Shown here piece by piece: positions 59,410 through 64,000 of a DNA stretch of 64,000 bases. Both the position numbers and the translations under genes were made by a program. Below the pieces are notes generated by a model. That model worked only from the letters and a program-made list of their open reading frames with translations, had not been told where the DNA came from and made no database searches. Numbering within the stretch: the stretch's first letter is position 1; the number at the start of each line of letters is the position of its first letter. This DNA comes from Eubacteriales bacterium (lineage in GTDB: Bacteria; Bacillota; Clostridia; Oscillospirales; QAMX01). Location: contig JAZUCL010000011.1 of the NCBI GenBank assembly GCA_045639125.1, forward strand, positions 58,720-122,719, given 5' to 3'.

Positions 59410-60848
59410 TCTTTAGTTTCCTCACATATAGATTTATAGATTTCCATATATTTGGTGGCTTTATTTGACCAACTGAAATCAGTCATCATACCACGCTTCA
59501 TAAGACCATGCCAAGCATCCTTATTTCGATATACACTAAGTGCATATCGGATAATGCCAAGCATTTCGTGAGCGTTGTAGTTTGCAAATGTAAAGCCCAA
59601 TCCCTCATTTGTATATTCATTATATGGTAAAACAGTATCACGAAGACCGCCCGTTTCACGAACAATTGGAACAGTGCCATATCGCATTGCCATCATCTGT
59701 GCAAGACCGCACGGTTCACTGTATGACGGCATTAAGAGAATATCTGCACCTGCATACATTTTATTCGCCAAATCTGCTGAAAACATAATGTTGACAGCAC
59801 ACTTTTTCGGGTACTTCTCTTTCATTTGCATAAACATTTGCTCATACTGCCATTCGCCTTTACCAAGCACCACAAGATTTACGTCCTCTTGAAGAAGTTC
59901 GTCATATATAGGTGCAAGCAGATCCATTCCCTTATGTCCTGCAAGACGAGAAATAATTGCAATAACAGGTGTGTCGGGATTTTCTCTCAAACCAAATAGT
60001 TTTTGCAGTTCAAGTTTATTGGAAATTTTTCCCGACATATCTTCTTCACTGTATGAAGAAAACAGATGTGCATCTGTTCGTGGATTAAATATAACTGTAT
60101 CAATACCATTTACCACGCCTGATAGTTTACCACTACATTGTGACAGTACACCATCAAGTCCATATCCAAACTCTGATGTACAAATTTCTTTAGCGTATGT
60201 TTCGCTTACAGTTGTAATACGGTCAGAACATAAAATAGCACCTTTCATTAGTGAGATACCATCATCATAGGCAAGGAGTCCATTTCTAAAGTATTCATCA
60301 TCAATACCGACAACATCTCCAAGGAAATGACGGTCAAATCGACCTTGATACTGGATATTGTGAATGGTAAATACTGAACGTATATTGTTATACGCCTCGT
60401 TACCGCTATAAAGAAGTTTTAGATAAATCGGTATGAGTGCACTCTGCCAATCGTTTGCGTGAATGACATCAGGCATAAATCCAATAACAGGTAAAATATC
60501 AAGACACGCCTTTGAGAAAAATGCAAAACGCTCTCCATCGTCATAGTGTCCATATAACTCACGGCGTTCAAAATAATAGCGGTTGTCGATAAAATAATAG
60601 ATTATACCATCTCTTTTAAGTTGGAACACTCCGCAATACTGATTTCGCCATGACACACGGACGTTGAGATTGCAAAGGAACGTCATTTGACGTCGCCAAC
60701 GGTCGTCTACCATCTCGTAAAGAGGAACAACGACACGGATATCGGCTCCGCATTTTTCCAACGCTTGAGGCAGAGCACCAGCCACGTCACCTAATCCACC
60801 TGTTTTACAAAAGGGTGCCACTTCGCCCGATACAAATAAAATCTTCAT
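59406..60848 (-). CDS. glgA: Glycogen synthase
   Basis: KTGGLGDV, EPCGL, ETGGL. Confidence 0.97.
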   Translation of the reverse strand: MKILFVSGEVAPFCKTGGLGDVAGALPQALEKCGADIRVVVPLYEMVDDRWRRQMTFLCNLNVRVSWRNQYCGVFQLKRDGIIYYFIDNRYYFERRELYGHYDDGERFAFFSKACLDILPVIGFMPDVIHANDWQSALIPIYLKLLYSGNEAYNNIRSVFTIHNIQYQGRFDRHFLGDVVGIDDEYFRNGLLAYDDGISLMKGAILCSDRITTVSETYAKEICTSEFGYGLDGVLSQCSGKLSGVVNGIDTVIFNPRTDAHLFSSYSEEDMSGKISNKLELQKLFGLRENPDTPVIAIISRLAGHKGMDLLAPIYDELLQEDVNLVVLGKGEWQYEQMFMQMKEKYPKKCAVNIMFSADLANKMYAGADILLMPSYSEPCGLAQMMAMRYGTVPIVRETGGLRDTVLPYNEYTNEGLGFTFANYNAHEMLGIIRYALSVYRNKDAWHGLMKRGMMTDFSWSNKATKYMEIYKSICEETKE

Positions 60849-60924
60849 TAGACACCTTCCATTTCATATTAAGTATACCCAATTTCACTGCGTAAGTATA
60901 CAACTTTTAGTTACAATTTATAGG

Positions 60925-62052
60925 TTAAACAACGGAGTTTTTGCGAATTACACTTGGATATGAACAACTTCCCATTATCATTCCATTTTGCTTAAACACT
61001 ACATTTTTGTCTGCTATAACGTAGTTAATAAAGACATTTTCTCCAATGATACAATTCCTCATAACAATAGAGTTTTTAACTGTTGCACCTGTCTTAACGT
61101 GTACACCTCGAAACAGAATACTGTTTTCTACTCTACCCTCAATAATGCAACCATCTGCTATAAGACTTCCTTCTACATGAGCACTATCAGAATAGTATGT
61201 AGGAGCCTCGTCACGTATACGAGCGTAAATTAGATTATTTTTATTAAACAGACTGTTGCGAACATCTTTGTTAAGAAGTTCCATGCTATGTTTATAGTAT
61301 CCCTCTTGACTTTCCATTTTTGCCGCATATCCATCAAAAAAGTACGGCATAATTTTAAGTTCACCTAAAACACTTCTAAGCACCTCACGTTCAAAGTAGC
61401 ACATATCTCTGACTTTGCCGTAGTTTATAAGGTATTCAAGAAGGTCCTTCTTCATTAAATATATGTTAAGACTTTCGTTATCTCCTGCAACATCAGGATA
61501 TGCGGCAATACTTGTAGCATTTCCATCTTTTCCAAAAGTATAGTATACCGATTGATTTGGCTCTCCAACGTGCTTTTTCGCACACACAACAGTAATATCT
61601 GCACCACTTTTTGTATGGGCGTCAAACACAAGATTCATGTCTATATTGAGAACACAGTTACCATTCGCAAGGACAACATACTCACTTTCAGAGTTCTTGA
61701 TAAAATCAAGAATACTCAAAAGTGCATCAAGTTTACCTCTGAACTTTGAAGCGTATCTCTTTTCAGATGCTCCTGACTGCGTATATCCAAAAGGTGGTAA
61801 AAGTGCAATGCCCCCAAGTTTACGAGCAAGATCCCAGTCACGTCCGGAACCAATATGGTCCAAAAGGGATTGATATCCCTCCTGCATAATTACACCGACA
61901 TCATGTATACCTGCATTTGACAGATTGGAAAGCATAAAATCAATAAGTCTGTATCGTCCGCCAAATGGTATAGAGGAAGTTGTACGAGTAGCACTTAACT
62001 CACCCATTTTATCGTCGCCCTCATAGGCAAAAATTAAGCCTAATGCATCCAT
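60925..62052 (-). CDS. glgD: ADP-glucose pyrophosphorylase regulatory subunit
   Basis: PFGGRYRLIDF, G.DWDL; lies between glgC and glgA. Confidence 0.93.
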   Translation of the reverse strand: MDALGLIFAYEGDDKMGELSATRTTSSIPFGGRYRLIDFMLSNLSNAGIHDVGVIMQEGYQSLLDHIGSGRDWDLARKLGGIALLPPFGYTQSGASEKRYASKFRGKLDALLSILDFIKNSESEYVVLANGNCVLNIDMNLVFDAHTKSGADITVVCAKKHVGEPNQSVYYTFGKDGNATSIAAYPDVAGDNESLNIYLMKKDLLEYLINYGKVRDMCYFEREVLRSVLGELKIMPYFFDGYAAKMESQEGYYKHSMELLNKDVRNSLFNKNNLIYARIRDEAPTYYSDSAHVEGSLIADGCIIEGRVENSILFRGVHVKTGATVKNSIVMRNCIIGENVFINYVIADKNVVFKQNGMIMGSCSYPSVIRKNSVV

Positions 62053-62107
62053 TTCGACTCTCCATTCCCGCTATTAAGCGTTATTTCTTCAAAATGTATA
62101 TCTAAAT

Positions 62108-63313
62108 CTATCGGTTGCTGTCAAGCATTTCTCCTGCAGCAACAACAATATTATCTGAGATTCTTATTCCTGAGGCGAGTACGGTAATTTTACTGCCGTG
62201 TGCATCTATCACATCACCTGAACCAATTTGTGCATTATCGCCTACAACAGTATTCTCTGCCACTATTGCAAATTCTACTTTTGCATTCTTTCCAATCTTT
62301 ACACCGGGCATTAAAATAGAATATCGGACCTGTGCTCCCTCCTCTACTGTAACATTGTTAAACAGTACAGACTCTTCAACAGTTCCATGCACTTCACAGC
62401 CCTCTGTTATAGTTGCATGAGATACATGAGCAGACGGAGCAATATAGTGAGGTGGAGATACCGGGTTACGGTAATAGATACGCCATGACGGATCGTTTAA
62501 GTCAAGACCTGTACCAGGCGAAAGCATATCCATATTTGCCTCCCACAGAGAATGGATTGTTCCAACATCTTTCCAATATCCTTCAAAGCGGTAAGAAAAC
62601 ATTCTCTGTCCGTCAGCAAGCATTGTAGGCAAAATATTTTTTCCAAAATCGTTTTCTGAGGTTGGATCTTTCTCGTCTTTTTCAAGATATGTCTTTAATT
62701 TTTCCCATGTAAATATATAGATTCCCATAGATGCAAGAGTACTCTTTGGTGCTTTTGGTTTCTCCTCAAATTCATAGATGCTGCCATCGCTGTTTGTATT
62801 GAGAATACCAAAACGAGAAGCCTCCTCTAAAGGTACATCAATTGCAGCAATAGTACAATCTGCATTGTTTTCCTTATGGGCTTTAAGCATTTTATTGTAG
62901 TTCATTTTATAGATATGGTCACCGCTTAGTATCAGAACATATTCAGGAGCATAACTTTCCAAGAATGGTATATTCTGATAAATTGCATTAGCAGTACCTT
63001 TATACCACTCGCCAAACTCGGCTTGCATATACGGTGGAAGAATGTGAACACCGCCACTGTTTCTGTCCAAGTCCCACGGCTGACCTGAGCCAATATATGC
63101 ATTAAGTTCCATAGGCTTATACTGTGTCAGTACGCCGACAGTATCAATGCCGGAGTTGACACAGTTTGACAGCGGAAAGTCGATAATTCTGTATTTTCCT
63201 CCAAATGGTACAGCAGGTTTGGCAACGTCAGCAGTAAGAACATAAAGCCGACTGCCTTGACCACCTGCAAGAAGCATTGCGACACATTCATTTTTCTTGT
63301 ACATATTCTTCAC
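62108..63313 (-). CDS. glgC: Glucose-1-phosphate adenylyltransferase
   Basis: [28 protein letters not shown]. Confidence 0.97.
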   Translation of the reverse strand: MKNMYKKNECVAMLLAGGQGSRLYVLTADVAKPAVPFGGKYRIIDFPLSNCVNSGIDTVGVLTQYKPMELNAYIGSGQPWDLDRNSGGVHILPPYMQAEFGEWYKGTANAIYQNIPFLESYAPEYVLILSGDHIYKMNYNKMLKAHKENNADCTIAAIDVPLEEASRFGILNTNSDGSIYEFEEKPKAPKSTLASMGIYIFTWEKLKTYLEKDEKDPTSENDFGKNILPTMLADGQRMFSYRFEGYWKDVGTIHSLWEANMDMLSPGTGLDLNDPSWRIYYRNPVSPPHYIAPSAHVSHATITEGCEVHGTVEESVLFNNVTVEEGAQVRYSILMPGVKIGKNAKVEFAIVAENTVVGDNAQIGSGDVIDAHGSKITVLASGIRISDNIVVAAGEMLDSNR

Positions 63314-63327
63314 CTCATCGTTACCGA

Positions 63328-64000
63328 TTAGTTCTTTGTATCTTCTTTTCCCTTTGTATCTGTCCTACGCCGTATAATTGTCGCACCCATACGAGGAATT
63401 GTAAAAGTTGCAGAGTATCCAAGCCCATTCCACGGAATTTCCGTTGCTGTCCGTGTAGGGTTATAAGCACCAAATCCGCCGTAGCACAGTGCATCTGAGG
63501 TGAACACTTCCTCATACTCACCCTCTTGCGGCAAGCCAATACGATAATCCCATCGTTCAACAGGAGCAAAGTTGAGTATGGCAATCAGTTCATTTCCCCT
63601 TGTGTCAATACGTCTTAGGACAAGAATATTCTCCGCACTATTGTCGCATGAAATCCACGAAAACCCCGACCAATCGTTATCATTATCCCACAGAGGTCTG
63701 TTTTCAAGATAGAAATTGTTCAGTTCCTTCGTATATCTTTGCATTGCACGATGCATTGGATATTCAAGTAAAAACCAATCAAGACTTCTATCAAATGCCC
63801 ACTCTGCAAACTGTCCAAATTCACTGCCCATAAATAGCAGTTTTCCTCCCGGATGTACTATCTGATACGCAAGTAAAAGCCTAAGTCCTGCAAACTTCTC
63901 CTCATACGTACCGGGCATTCTTCCTACAAGTGAATTTTTAAGATGTACGACCTCATCATGGCTTAGTGGCAGTACGTATTTTTCAGAAAATGCGTAAGTC
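63328..64000 (-). CDS. glgB: 1,4-alpha-glucan branching enzyme, C-terminal part
   Basis: Frame is open to the window edge and contains [10 protein letters not shown] and PG.KLLFMG.EFGQ. Confidence 0.93.
   Translation of the reverse strand, partial: TYAFSEKYVLPLSHDEVVHLKNSLVGRMPGTYEEKFAGLRLLLAYQIVHPGGKLLFMGSEFGQFAEWAFDRSLDWFLLEYPMHRAMQRYTKELNNFYLENRPLWDNDNDWSGFSWISCDNSAENILVLRRIDTRGNELIAILNFAPVERWDYRIGLPQEGEYEEVFTSDALCYGGFGAYNPTRTATEIPWNGLGYSATFTIPRMGATIIRRRTDTKGKEDTKN

Overview
The window has three parts. (i) 1-~23550 is the right arm of a large SPbeta-like temperate prophage of a spore-forming Clostridia-type host. Rightward tail and receptor-binding genes converge at a bidirectional terminator (5603-5642) with a leftward early arm. 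That arm encodes dUTPase, a thiol-dependent class III RNR module, ThyX, four DNA methyltransferases, a SAM synthetase, an HNH endonuclease, and RNA ligase plus kinase/HD RNA repair. The prophage ends in a large serine integrase whose last 12 codons look like the 3' end of a host alpha/beta SASP gene (attR). (ii) Host core genes: pth, SulP, trmB, YgiQ, FtsK/SpoIIIE, uppP, nagA, glyA, hom/thrR, ytvI, folC, T-box-valS, a Card1-like CARF nuclease, purC and the glgBCDAP operon. (iii) A ~5 kb broken fragment of a large polyvalent protein gene between tRNA-Val(GAC) and tRNA-Arg(CCG). Top observations: a textbook -1 frameshift signal (A AAU UUU + 6 nt + 11-bp hairpin) that would append two extra target-recognition modules to a multispecific C5 MTase; a shared SD-sequestering leader hairpin with a different 8-bp palindrome in front of each of three MTases; an 18-bp palindromic site that divides the early arm into cassette-like units; and, in the polyvalent fragment, three nuclease-like domains each followed by an in-ORF antisense sigma-A promoter and a 60-72 nt self-closing RNA, plus overprinted small genes. 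All calls come from reading the sequence by eye; no searches were run.
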